NCBI GenBank assembly: GCA_025786725.1
Contig: JAHLTZ010000016.1
Location: forward strand, 434,001-498,000
Source of the DNA: Syncephalis fuscata S228
Taxonomy: Eukaryota; Fungi; Zoopagomycota
DNA length: 64,000 nt
Reading direction: 5' to 3'
Shown in pieces: positions 1 to 11,379 of this stretch (position 1 is the first letter of the stretch; each line of letters starts with the position of its first letter). Position numbers and translations under genes: made by a program. The notes under the pieces were generated by a model. The model saw only the letters and a list, made by a program, of their open reading frames with translations, had not been told where the DNA came from and did no database searches.

Positions 1-2102
1 TCACAACTAAATAACATTTGTAACTAAAGCAGAGAAAAGAATATAGAACCAAAGATATAGATATGTTTATTATAATGCCAATAAAGCTAGTGTTTTATAG
101 TAAATACTGTTGTTAATAGAATTTAAACTTTGTCCATATGGTTGATCATATGTCAGTAAATAACAAGTATCTACTGGTTATGTCCCTGTATAAATGTTTA
201 TGATTGTTAGTACTAGTATTTAATATATTCCTGTTGCGGCTATTTATATGTTATCGTTAGCATGCTGTTCAATTACATGGTAGATGTCATGGATCAATCG
301 CATGGTGAATAATCATGGCCATAATACCGTAATTCAATACCGTAATGACATGCTGCTATTTTTATTGTCAAGTAAATTAAACAGATAACTGACGTTATAG
401 CAATAAAACTGATATCTGATTAGTACAATATCTAATATTGGATTACTACGCATTTACACATAGTATAAACTATATATTTTATAGTAAAAATGGTGTCGAT
501 ACTACTTTACTATTTACTTTAGCTGTATATGCTTTTATGAAACAAACGGCTGATATAAATGATTTTGAACACGCATTTCAATTTAATAAATAAATATTTC
601 CTTTTCTCCTGTTTAATAATTTAAAACAGCATGAAATCATTACTTATGATATTTAACTATATGAATTCTCATTTTAGCTGGTCAACGACCTCATGGGTAA
701 ACATTTGTTGACAATATCCTCCACTATTGTCTAATTTTTCCTTATTCATTTACCCTCTCCTCAATACTCCCCTTGTACAATCTAAAACATAACAGTATGT
801 GTGCATTGTGCAGTTTTATTAAATGCTATGCATAATATTTTTTGTTTTCATGCGTTACTTTCGTTTAGCACTATCGTTCTAGCTGTATCATCAATAGTTG
901 GATTGTTGCTAAACTCAGTCTAAAATGGTATGACGGTAATAGTTTGCTATAAGCCAAATCAGTAAGTCCTTGAGGTACCAATTATTTTTCATTGGTTTTT
1001 TGCTTTAGTTTGTTTTTTTGTATTCTATCTTGCTTAATTTGTCAAAAGTGGTTTCAGAAATGTGGGCAGAACTTAGGCCTTAGATGATTACCGGCTGATA
1101 TGCAATCCACAGCCACTATGCATTCGAAATTACTGGTAATTGTTTAATGCTTTCTATTGGGTCTAGCTAGTGTCTGCATATTGCATTGCGTGTAGTTTAG
1201 CCGATGCAATTTAGTCTACACCTGAAAACTGGTGACGAAAATGACCTGTTGGAATGTTTCATTGCTCAAATGCTGTGATGCATCACCCTACAAATAGTAC
1301 TTATTGTATAGTCAATTGCAAATAATTTAGATGAGCCGCCATTTAAATGATGGTAGTTGCGCAGCATGTAGTATGGTATGCCTGGATGTGATGCATTGTG
1401 AATTCAAAGCAATAATTACCCCCCCCCCATAACAATGGGCATAGTGTCGAATGAAATGTATACATGTGCCAATCAACACACTTTATAATTTAAAAATTAT
1501 GGCTGGCCTATGTATGGCAATAAAACCTGTATAAAATACCAATTTGATATATTAAACTTGTTTTTGCATCAGTGTTGCGTGCTATTCTGTATGCAACAGA
1601 TATTGAGGACTAAATCGGTAGAAATGGCAGCAAAGACTTCATTATCGTTTTTACCAAATAGTTAAATCGTGTAACAAAAAATTCAGGCTAATATGCCTAT
1701 TTTTATCCCATAGTACTGGATTACGAACATTGTTACACCATTCGTGTAAATAACTAGCAGATTGAAGTAAAGACCGGGCAAGTTAAAATCAGGACCAAAC
1801 AGGTTAAAACCAAGGCTGAGATACATATTATTACGCCATGAATCTATTGGTACATGTGCACCTCAACCACTGTTTGGATTGTTTTATTGGTTCATATTAC
1901 ACATCAATGGTATATATCGTATACTACAGTATACTAGCATTTCAACAAGATTATAAGTTTAAATAGCCCACAAAATATACACAACCAACTGCAATATCAT
2001 CATCACGCTCTACTTCTTGCTAAACACGCACTATTCACCACTTTACACCAACCACACTCTACTATCTCTTTTATTTGTTTGTCTTAACAAATCAATATTA
2101 CC

Positions 2103-5100
2103 ATGAAGCTTTCTATTGCCGCCGTTTGCACCATTGTCGTGGCTATCATGGCCAGTACAGCCATGGTAGATGCTAAACCAGCCTTAGTTCGCCGTGGTGG
2201 TATGTTGCAATAACAATAAATATACCATAATATTTTGTTTACTAACAGTATTTCTAACTAATAATTATAATAGCTGGCAAGTAATATCATATATTGGTTA
2301 TTCACACACTAATTGTATGCTATTTATTGTGTGTATCAATAACTTAATATTAATAGGTCGTAAGTAGCATTTTATATTAATTGACGATACATTAATTATA
2401 TTTCATGCACTGTATCTATCAACAATTTAATATTAGCGGAATGTAAGTTGTATTGTATATCAATTGATTACTTACTAATTATATACTATGTACTGTGTGC
2501 ATCAATGACTTAATACTAATAGGCGGTAAGTGATATTGTACATTGATGATATAAATTAATCATACTATGTATCGTGTGTATCAACAACTCAATGACATAG
2601 ATGGTAAAGTGTATCGTGTATTAAATGACTATGAACTAATTTTATACCATGCACCGTGTATATTAACAACTTGATACTAATAGCATGTAAGTTATATTGC
2701 ATATCACTTGATAATTGCCTAATCATATATTATGTGTTGTATGTATCAATAACTTCATACTAATAGGCAGTAAGTAGCATTGTATGTGCTGATTTATAAA
2801 TTAATTATGTGTCATGCACTGTGTGTATCAACAACCTAATGCCATAGTTAGTAAGTAGCATTGTACATTAACTAATTACTTACTAATTATATACTGTGTA
2901 CTGTGTGTGTATCGACAATTCAATGCAATAGCTAGTAAGTAGCATTGTATATTAACTAATTACTCACTAATTATATCCATGTACTGTGTGCATCAATAAA
3001 TATTAATAGAATGTAAGTAGCATTGTATATTAATCGACTATACACTAATCACATGCTATTTACTGATTGAACTGATTATTTAATATTAACAGGCCGTAAG
3101 TTGTATTGTATATTAATGAACTATACATTAACTATACTATTTACTGATTGAAATGATGTTTAATATTAATAGTGGGTAAGTTGTATTATATATTAATTGA
3201 CTATACATTGAATATGCTATTTATGATTGTATCAATTATTTAATATTAATAGAGAGTAAGTGATATTTTATATTAATTGATTATTTACTAATTGTATATG
3301 CTGCACTATGTGCGTCAACAACTTAATATAATAGGCGGTAAGTTGTATTATATATTAATTGAATATACATTGAATATGCTACTTATTGATTGTACTGATT
3401 ATTTAATATTAATAGTTTGTAAGTTGTATTGTATATTAATGAACTATACATTAACTATACTATTTACTGATTGTATCAATTATTTAATATTAATAGGTCG
3501 TAAGTTGTATTGTATATTAATTAACTATACACTAATTACATGCTATTTATTTCTTGTACTTATTGTTTAATACTAATAGAGAGTAAGTGATATTGTATAT
3601 TAATTGACCATACACTAATCACATGCTATCTATTGGTTGTACTAATGGTTTAATATAATAGGCGGTAAGTGGTATTGTATATTAATTGACTATACATTAG
3701 CTATACTATTTACTGATTGTACTGATTATTTAATATTAATAGATCGTAAGTTGTATTGTTTATTAATTGATTACTTACTAATCACATGCTATTGATTGAT
3801 TGTACTGATTATTTAATCTTAATAGGCAGTAAGTGGTATTTTATATCAACTGATTACTCGCTAATCACATGCTATTTACTTATTGGATTGACTGTTTAAT
3901 ATTAATAGATCGTAAGTTGTATTGTTTATTAATTGATTACTTACTAATCACATGTTATTTACTAATTGTACTGATTATTTAATATAATAGCATGTAAGTT
4001 GTATTGTATATTATTTGACTATATATTAATTATGCAATATACTAATTGTACCAATTATTTAATATTAATAGATTGTAAGTAATATTGTATATTAATTGGC
4101 CACATTAACTATGTTATTTACTAATTGTATCAATTATTTAATTTTAATAGGTCGTAAGTGACATTGCATATTAACTGACTATACATTAACTATGTTATTT
4201 ACTTATTGTACTGATTATTTAATTTTAATAGATCGTAAGTTGTATTGTATATTAATTGACTATATACTAATCACATATTATTTACTAATTGTACTGATTG
4301 TTTAATATTAATAGTTTGTAAGTACTATTGTATATTAATTGATTACATTAATCATGCTATTTACTAATTGTATCAATTATTTAATATTAATAGACAGTAA
4401 GTCTTATTTTATATTAGATTATTACATATTAACTATGTTATTTACTGATTATGCTAATTATTTAATATTAATAGATCGTAAGTTGTATCGTTTATTAATT
4501 GATTACTCACTAATCACATGCTATCTATTGGTTGTACTAATGGTTTAATATAATAGGCGGTAAGTGATATTGTATATTAATTGACTATACATTAACTATA
4601 CTATTTACTGATTGTACTGATTATTTAATATTAATAGAATGTAAGTTTTATTGTGTATTAACCGATTACTCACTAATCACACGCTATTTATTGATTGTGC
4701 TGATTATTTAATATTAATAGTTTGTAAGTAATATTGTATATTAATTGATTACATTAACTATGTTATTTACTAATTGTACTAATTATTTATTATTAATAGG
4801 TCGTAAGTGACATTGTATATTGACTGACTATACATTAACTATGCTATTTATTAATTGTACTGATTATTTAATATTAATAGGCAGTAAGTAATATTTTATA
4901 TTAACTGATTATTCATTAACTATACTATTTACTGATTGTACTGATTATTTAATATTAATAGTTAGTAAGTGGTATTGTATATTAATTAACTATACATTAA
5001 CTATACTATTTACTGATTGTATCAATTATTTAATATTAATAGGTCGTAAGTTGTATTGTGTATTAATTAATTACGCACTAATCACGTGCTATTGATTGAT

Positions 5101-5692
5101 TGTACTGACTATTTAATATTAATAGAGAGTAAGTGGTATTGTATATTAACTGGCCATATATTAGCTATGCTATTTACTGATTGTACTAATTATTTAATAT
5201 TAATAGGAAGTAAGTAGCGTTGTATATTAATGAATTATATACTAATTATACACTATGTACTGTATATATCACCAAATTAATAGAATGTAAGTTGTGTTAT
5301 ATGTTAATTGATTATTTACTAATAACATGCTATACACTATGTGTATCAATGATTTAATACTAATAGGCCGTAAGTAGTACTGTGTATTAACTGACTATGC
5401 ACTAATTATATACCATGTATTATGTGTATAAATAATCTAATATAATAGAAAGTAAGTTATATTGTATATTAATTGACGATACATTAATTATATTTCATGC
5501 ACTGTGTTTTAACGATTTAATATTAGGCGTATGTAAGTTATATTGTATATTAATTGATTACTCACTAATCACATGTTATGCACCATGTGTATCAACAACT
5601 TAATAATAATAGGCGGTAAATAACATTATATATTGACTAACTATGCATTAATTATATGGCATATAATATCTTTATTCGTAAATACAGCATAA
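2103..5692 (+). CDS. Small secreted cysteine-rich peptide precursor (77 aa) encoded by 44 exons, 42 of them 3-6-nt microexons
   Basis: Exon 1 (2103-2199) encodes MKLSIAAVCTIVVAIMASTAMVDAKPALVRRG plus one G, then a GTATGT donor. Microexons, each between AG and GT(AAGT), with start positions: CTG 2274, GTC 2357, CGGAAT 2437, GCG 2523, ATG 2601, CAT 2684, GCA 2767, TTA 2848, CTA 2932, AAT 3010, GCC 3093, TGG 3173, AGA 3253, GCG 3335, TTT 3416, GTC 3497, AGA 3580, GCG 3662, ATC 3743, GCA 3826, ATC 3909, CAT 3991, ATT 4072, GTC 4151, ATC 4232, TTT 4315, ACA 4394, ATC 4475, GCG 4557, AAT 4638, TTT 4721, GTC 4800, GCA 4881, TTA 4962, GTC 5043, AGA 5126, GAA 5207, AAT 5284, GCC 5367, AAA 5449, GCGTAT 5527, GCG 5613. 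The last exon is CA-TAA at 5688-5692. The donor after CTG is GCAAGT. Joined CDS = 234 nt: MKLSIAAVCTIVVAIMASTAMVDAKPALVRRGAGPECDACITKCLESVCQSDRNPYCHLYNREFCRISQRKCQSVCA*. Confidence 0.88.
2277..5687 (+). repeat. Tandem array of ~42 homologous ~81-bp intron+microexon units
   Basis: Repeating consensus GTAAGTnnTATTGTATATTAATTGA...CTAAT/TTAAC...TTTAATATTAATAG followed by a variable 3 nt. Mean period is about 81 bp (2274 to 5613 over 41 units). Confidence 0.95.
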
Positions 5693-7385
5693 TCAATGGT
5701 TTCAAGACATTAGCATTGGTGGTGCAATCAAGCCACTATTCCAATACACTTTAGGTATATATTCGGTGAAAAGCAAGACCATTTGACAACTACGCCGTCC
5801 TGTCTATCCATATATCAAGTTTTGGCCAATGCTCCGGTTTATCCAGTCTTTAATTAATGGAATCATTATTTTATCAACAAACTTGCATATAGCTGTTCCT
5901 ATTCAGCTGTCCAAGTTTATAGTAATAAACTTATGGTTTCATCTTAACTGTATACAATCAAATTGCTATATCTATAACCATGTTCTATTTGCATCCAATA
6001 ATGGCAATTATTGATCAAGTAGTTAAAATAACAAAAGACATGTACAATTATATTGTATTAACTATAAGCATAGATTGGTATGAATAGTAGCAAAACTATC
6101 GTTATTATATAGCCAAATAATATTATACTGAGATTGAAATAAAAACGCTTTTCTAATAAAACATGGCAGTAAAGCATACGATATTATAAAACAAAATAAA
6201 TAGACAAAACGAATACGTGAATAGTGATAGTGAGCCTATACTGTATGCAATTAGCCAAGAGTAATGAACGAAATGAATCAAAATCTGCTAAAAGAATACA
6301 GTTAGTAATAGGCTTTTAGCTTTTATTAATATAGTTTTTGCAATTTAAAATATTAATGATATAGACGGACATATAGTATATGTATACAGGATAGATATGT
6401 GCAGCATAACAATAATGATAACTAAATAGTTTAATGACCAATGACATTCAACACCCATTTTCATCTTCAATAAAATAAATAGTTGGTTTAAATGTGTGAC
6501 TATTATAGCTATTTAACTGCCAAATCACATCAAACAACCAATAGCGTGCTTAATATTGTGGAAAAAGCTATCTTTATTTAGTTAATAAAAACATCATAAG
6601 ATTTAATACAAATCAAGTGGTTTAAATGATCCATCACAGCACCCTCTTAAGCTTCTTTCTCCATGCTCCACAACTTTTCTAAATTAGAACATTGGAGCGA
6701 CTACTGCAACATTTAAAATGAATGTTACGAGTAGATTGTTCTAGTTTATCAATGACAAATTCCATGTTGACGACATTATTTTGCATATCTTCACTCTTGT
6801 TTGATACACCAGCTAATTAACTCAAGTTACTTAAAGCAATAGTACTTTCATGTAATTCGGAATTGTTTAATTGTTAAATCTAACATATAAAACACTCTAA
6901 ATAAGCCAAACTAGTTTTATTTGTTGGTTAAATTTAAATTTTAAAACTATTTGTTAATCAAATCGTTTATATTTGCATTACACTTTATTTATTTTGATAG
7001 TTGCTTCATTAGTAGTTTGTTTTTGTTTTTCAATAAAACGTTTATTTCAGTATTAGCTACTAGTTCAATATTATTAATAATAATCCTTACAGAACCTATT
7101 CTTGTATTATATTTTTTGAGTTGCATTTGCCGCCAGTATATTGTTGGGAGTCTTTTTGACAAATAAAACACGGTTGGAATTGCTGTTGATATTACTATAA
7201 CTAATTAAATTATGTAACCAAAGCTTCAAATTGAAATTGTTGTATTTATTGTAATTAACTTTTTTCTTATCAGGCATTTTTAGCCTTTCAAAATTTCCCA
7301 ATTTTACTTTGACTCTCATAATTTGGATCCTTAAAGCAAAATTGGCTTCAATTGAAATCAATACTATTATGTACAAGAAACATAG

Positions 7386-7790
7386 CTATAATGTTTCCAT
7401 TTGACTACTTTGAAATTCACGAGACCAATCATTGTTGTTGTTGGCTATGCGTAGAAAAATTGATAGAATACTAATAAAAGCCATTGATCGCAATTCCATC
7501 TCGTTCCGCTGTTGTTATTGCTGTTACTACAACAATGTGGTTTCTTACGTCTAAATGATCTTTTTTATTTTTTTATTTTCTAATATTGTATTATGGCAGA
7601 TTTAAGATATAAAATACTCGTCTATGGTGACAAAAAGGTAGGACGACTGGCATTTCCGATGTTCATCATTGTCTTGAGCATTCTTGGTATTAACTTGTAG
7701 ACGCAGATGCTTTGCCGACCATTGATGAAGCAAATCTGCCTCCACCATATGCAACAATGATAGGTTGAGTGTCTTCACCAGAAAGATCTT
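7386..7790 (-). pseudogene. Degenerate Fanzor/TnpB-like RuvC nuclease C-terminal relic (transposon remnant)
   Basis: Minus-strand fragments in the expected order: PIIVAYGGGRFASSMVGKASA, FVTIDEYFIS*IC, GTRWNCD, then (frameshift) MAFISILSIFLRIANNNNDWSREF. These resemble the fungal Fanzor/TnpB motifs IVAFGD.F..M.G, V.VDEY.TSQ.C and WNRD..A..NI..IF. Several stops and frameshifts. Confidence 0.55.
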
Positions 7791-8454
7791 GGGGCGACAG
7801 TTGTAACCAGAAGATACGACATGCCGTTGAGGTTACTTGAAGAGATGTTAGTGTAAAATAAGAGAAGTAAAAACTAGGGATTGAATAGTGTTTTTATTGA
7901 TGTTCAAATACACATGTTATTTATATTATTATATTTGGCATTATCGTATAATATATTACTAAATAGAATATATAAAAAGAATATAAGATAGTAATAAGAA
8001 AAATGGTGAAATGAGTAAATAAAAGATGTAAAGTCAGTTTATAATAACTTCCCTATATTAAATAATGAGTAGACTCATGTAATTCAGTGTCAAAAGATCA
8101 AACCGACATCCTTTACTTGACTGAACTACACATTTGTTGTTCTATTAAACATGTAACTGGATGATGAGTGACATTAAATATCAAATTATAATGCTTTGAA
8201 TACTTTACAGCAACAATAATATGGATTACATTTATTTATTTATTATCTTTTATTATAAGTAACATGAAAATACTATTTAATATCTATTTTGATACTGAAA
8301 ATAGTGTAAACCGACTAAACTCAAATTAATCGGAGTTGATATGACACTGCTTCAACAAATCCCCTCTCAGTAGTAAAAACTGATTGACGATTTATTATTC
8401 GAGTTATTGATCTTTTTGTCCACACTATTATCCTATTTTTCCTTTATTTTTCCA

Positions 8455-8952
8455 ATGGCAACAAACAGAGTGTTTTCAAAGTCTATGCTGTACTTGTCGT
8501 GCTTGAAATTCTCGGCAAATGATTTCAAGCCTGCATTTGTCAATGGACATTGGCGAAAACCGCGCATTAGTCTTCGTCGACAGGCTGATCTTCGTAAAGC
8601 CTGCCTGATTCAGGGTAAGACGCCGGAAGATTATGGACTTCCCAGTGTTAAGGAAAATAAGCCGCTACGTGTTAAGCCACCTAAGGGCACGAAATATCAA
8701 CGCAATTACGAAGAACGGTAAACGGTTTATTGCAAAGAATTGCAAACGACTAACTAACAAATAACATGAATAGCAAAATGAAAGTTGAGAAATCACTTGG
8801 TAGCATGTCCGAAAAGATTGCAGACTGGAAAGAGGCAAGTTTAAACGAGAGAATTATACTTTATTTATTAATTATACATGCAAATGTATATATTATTATT
8901 ACAGGCTAAACGCGTAGAAAAAGAAAAGACCCGCCCAACAATGCCATTTTAA
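8455..8952 (+). CDS. MRPL25: Mitochondrial large-subunit ribosomal protein mL59 (MRPL25 family)
   Basis: Exons 8455-8717, 8774-8834, 8905-8952; the second intron is GC-AG. Motifs WRKPRISLRRQADLRKAC, PPKGTKYQR, MSEKIADWK and a C-terminal PF. Confidence 0.78.
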
Positions 8953-9154
8953 ATTTGTTTAGCATGATTGTTTCAATATTTGCCATATTGCGCGAAAGAT
9001 TGCCATTAAATAGTCTAATAAATAGAAGACTGCAAAAACTCTATTACTATATGTTTTATAACTGTGCAACTAGCTATTATTTATTGACACGCAGTTTAAT
9101 TTAAAAAGCTATGCTACATAATGGTAAATATAAGCTTTGTTGTTAAACTAACCA

Positions 9155-11379
9155 CTATTCCTCTTCTTTATGTGCAAAGGGAGGAAATCGCACAGGTGTC
9201 AGTGGTGATGGTGGTGTTGATTTTTGTGAAAATGACGATGCCATGCTATTACGTGGATGGCAGGTATGTCGGCTAGAACGACGGCTGCGTGATGGCTGAC
9301 TAGGTAATTCACCCGACATCACTGTCGACGAAGGTTCAATAGTAATGGTATGCATCGATGAATAGTTGGATCCAACAGAGTCGAAATACTCGCGGCTTGG
9401 TGTGGTTGGCGAAGCAACAATGAAACGCACACTCTTACGACTGTTGGATCGTTCAAGATCGTCTCTAAGCGGGGGAGTGCGTAAGTAGAAATTGGTATTA
9501 CTATTGAATATTCGCGGTAGATTAATTTCCGGCATTTCACTGGTGGCCAGCGCGAAAAACACAGGACCAAATAGCGCGTACATTGTCACTTCATATAAAA
9601 TGCAGAATGTCTTGTAGGCAAATATACTTGAGTTGACTGGTGCCAAATGAAAATAAATAATGGTAGTTGCAACCATTATAAATGAAAAGGTTGCAAAGAA
9701 AGCTAGTATTGCAAACTAAAATGAGCGTATTAGCGTGCATTTTGTATGTTTGTTGTTTGATTGCTATTACTTACTTTAACCATTGTGGTACGAGCGGTCG
9801 TTTGATGGTGCAAAGTTCTATAGCTATTAAAAAATACAATACCTTTAGAGAAATATGAGTGCTTTGACCTTGGTTAAACAAATAAACAGCTTACCAAAAT
9901 AGAATAGAATGCATGCTGATGCCAAGAACACTGGTGGAATATTAAAGATAACTGCCGGCCGTACGACAGAGAACAGCATCGGCGAGGACGATGAGGCATA
10001 TACAGCGAAAAGAATAATACATACTAAAATGTCCGCCATAAATAGTCCATAGATCCAGCGAAGATAAAACCGATATCGCCGTGGCCGTAGCTTATAAACC
10101 AACTGACCCCTAAATAGATAAACAATATTTAAGATGATATGTTGCAAAGATTGCTATAAAATTACCATGTAATAATTAGCCAGCTATAGGCAGCAAAGCT
10201 TAGTATCCATACAAGTGCGTTACACACAGCCTGGGCCACCGATAGGTGTGAAAATGGATTAAGCACGAAGGAGCCTAGCCGATAGAATAATTAGCTATTA
10301 CTCCAGCCTTGCATGCTGAATATCAGCTTACTCAATAGAACAACAAGGCCGGTAAAATATACAACCGCACGCATACTATACCGCATACCGGTAGCACCAA
10401 AAAATGGTGTAATTTGGTAGGCAGCAATACAAAGACACACGACAGTCTAGACAGGTGGTTAGATTGATTGTTTAAATGCTGTTAGGCATGGCACTATGAA
10501 ACAAGCCTAACTTACCAGTACGACAAACACGGTTTTCATTGCAGTATAGCTGTTGGAGTTTAGCATGTCATTCCACGGCCCACTCTCTACATGCAATAGT
10601 TATAACAAAGAACAGATGGTGCACCAAAATATACAAACCTTGCAACGCATCGACTATCAATGGTATAGTGCCATTGGACATAGTGCGTAGTGAATCGGCC
10701 ACTTCAAAGGGTACTACCGTGTAGAAATCGGTGTAATTCTGCTTTAATGGGCCCATTGGATCATAGGGGCCACCAAAAGCATTGGATGCACCTTTAGCTA
10801 CACTGGGCGCAGAAAAGCAAAAGCCGCCCATAGCAGGTAGCTTTGCATTATCAAATGCAGCCTTCGTTTGGTCCCGTTGCAAAATCACCTATTTAACAAG
10901 TGGTTAATGAACATGCATCATGCGTAAAGAATAAGGCACTGTAACGCCACCATTGCTAAACGAGTGGGATGGCAGACGGCACGTGAAGGGATGGCCAAAC
11001 GGCAAACAAAATCGAATTATCTTTAACCTACCTGATTGAAAGTGTAACAGCCGGCCTTAACCGCGTCTGGCCAATGTACAAAAAGCATTGTTGCATTAAT
11101 AGCGTCAACTGCCGCTGAATTCGTGGTTGGAGGCGCCAGCACATCAGCCAATTCACACGATTTGGCAGGGACAAAACGAGCACTGACAAGGATAGCACGA
11201 AGGCTTTTGATGATGTTTTCACGGGCGTACAAATCATGCGACGGGATTTGCGAAAGCGTTTTAGCACTGCTAGAAGCATCGGACACGACGCGCAGTAGGC
11301 CATTGGCGGAGGGCATTATCGACATCAGTATGCTGACTAATGACACCATTGCAAAAGCCATAGTCTGCAACGACATCAT
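9155..11379 (-). CDS. Multi-exon membrane protein: signal peptide, extracellular domain, about 7 TM helices, Ser-rich tail (GPCR-like)
   Basis: Hydrophobic N-terminus MMSLQTMAFAMVSLVSILMSIMPSANG. Spliced hydrophobic segments include VCLCIAAYQI, AVVYFTGLVVL, AVCNALVWILSFAAYSWLIITW, IYGLFMADILVCIILFAVY, FNIPPVFLASACILFYFGIVFF, FAILAFFATFSFIMVATTIIYF and FCILYEVTMYALFGPVFFAL. GT-AG introns lie between them; some exon borders are approximate. Confidence 0.7.

Noticed and set aside
3292-4548. ORF-track proteins 3292-3570 and 4339-4548
   Set aside because: They are read-throughs of repeated intron sequence (unit length near a multiple of 3) with non-ATG starts and I/L/Y-biased composition.
2277-5687. 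CRISPR array or plain satellite interpretation of the 81-bp repeats
   Set aside because: The context is eukaryotic, the repeats are degenerate, the variable part is only 3 nt and there are no cas genes. Splice signals plus a coherent spliced ORF explain the array better.
6600-6830. Short minus-strand stretch with coding-like composition
   Set aside because: Interrupted by stops and has no recognisable motif. It may be decayed TE or gene sequence, but cannot be supported.
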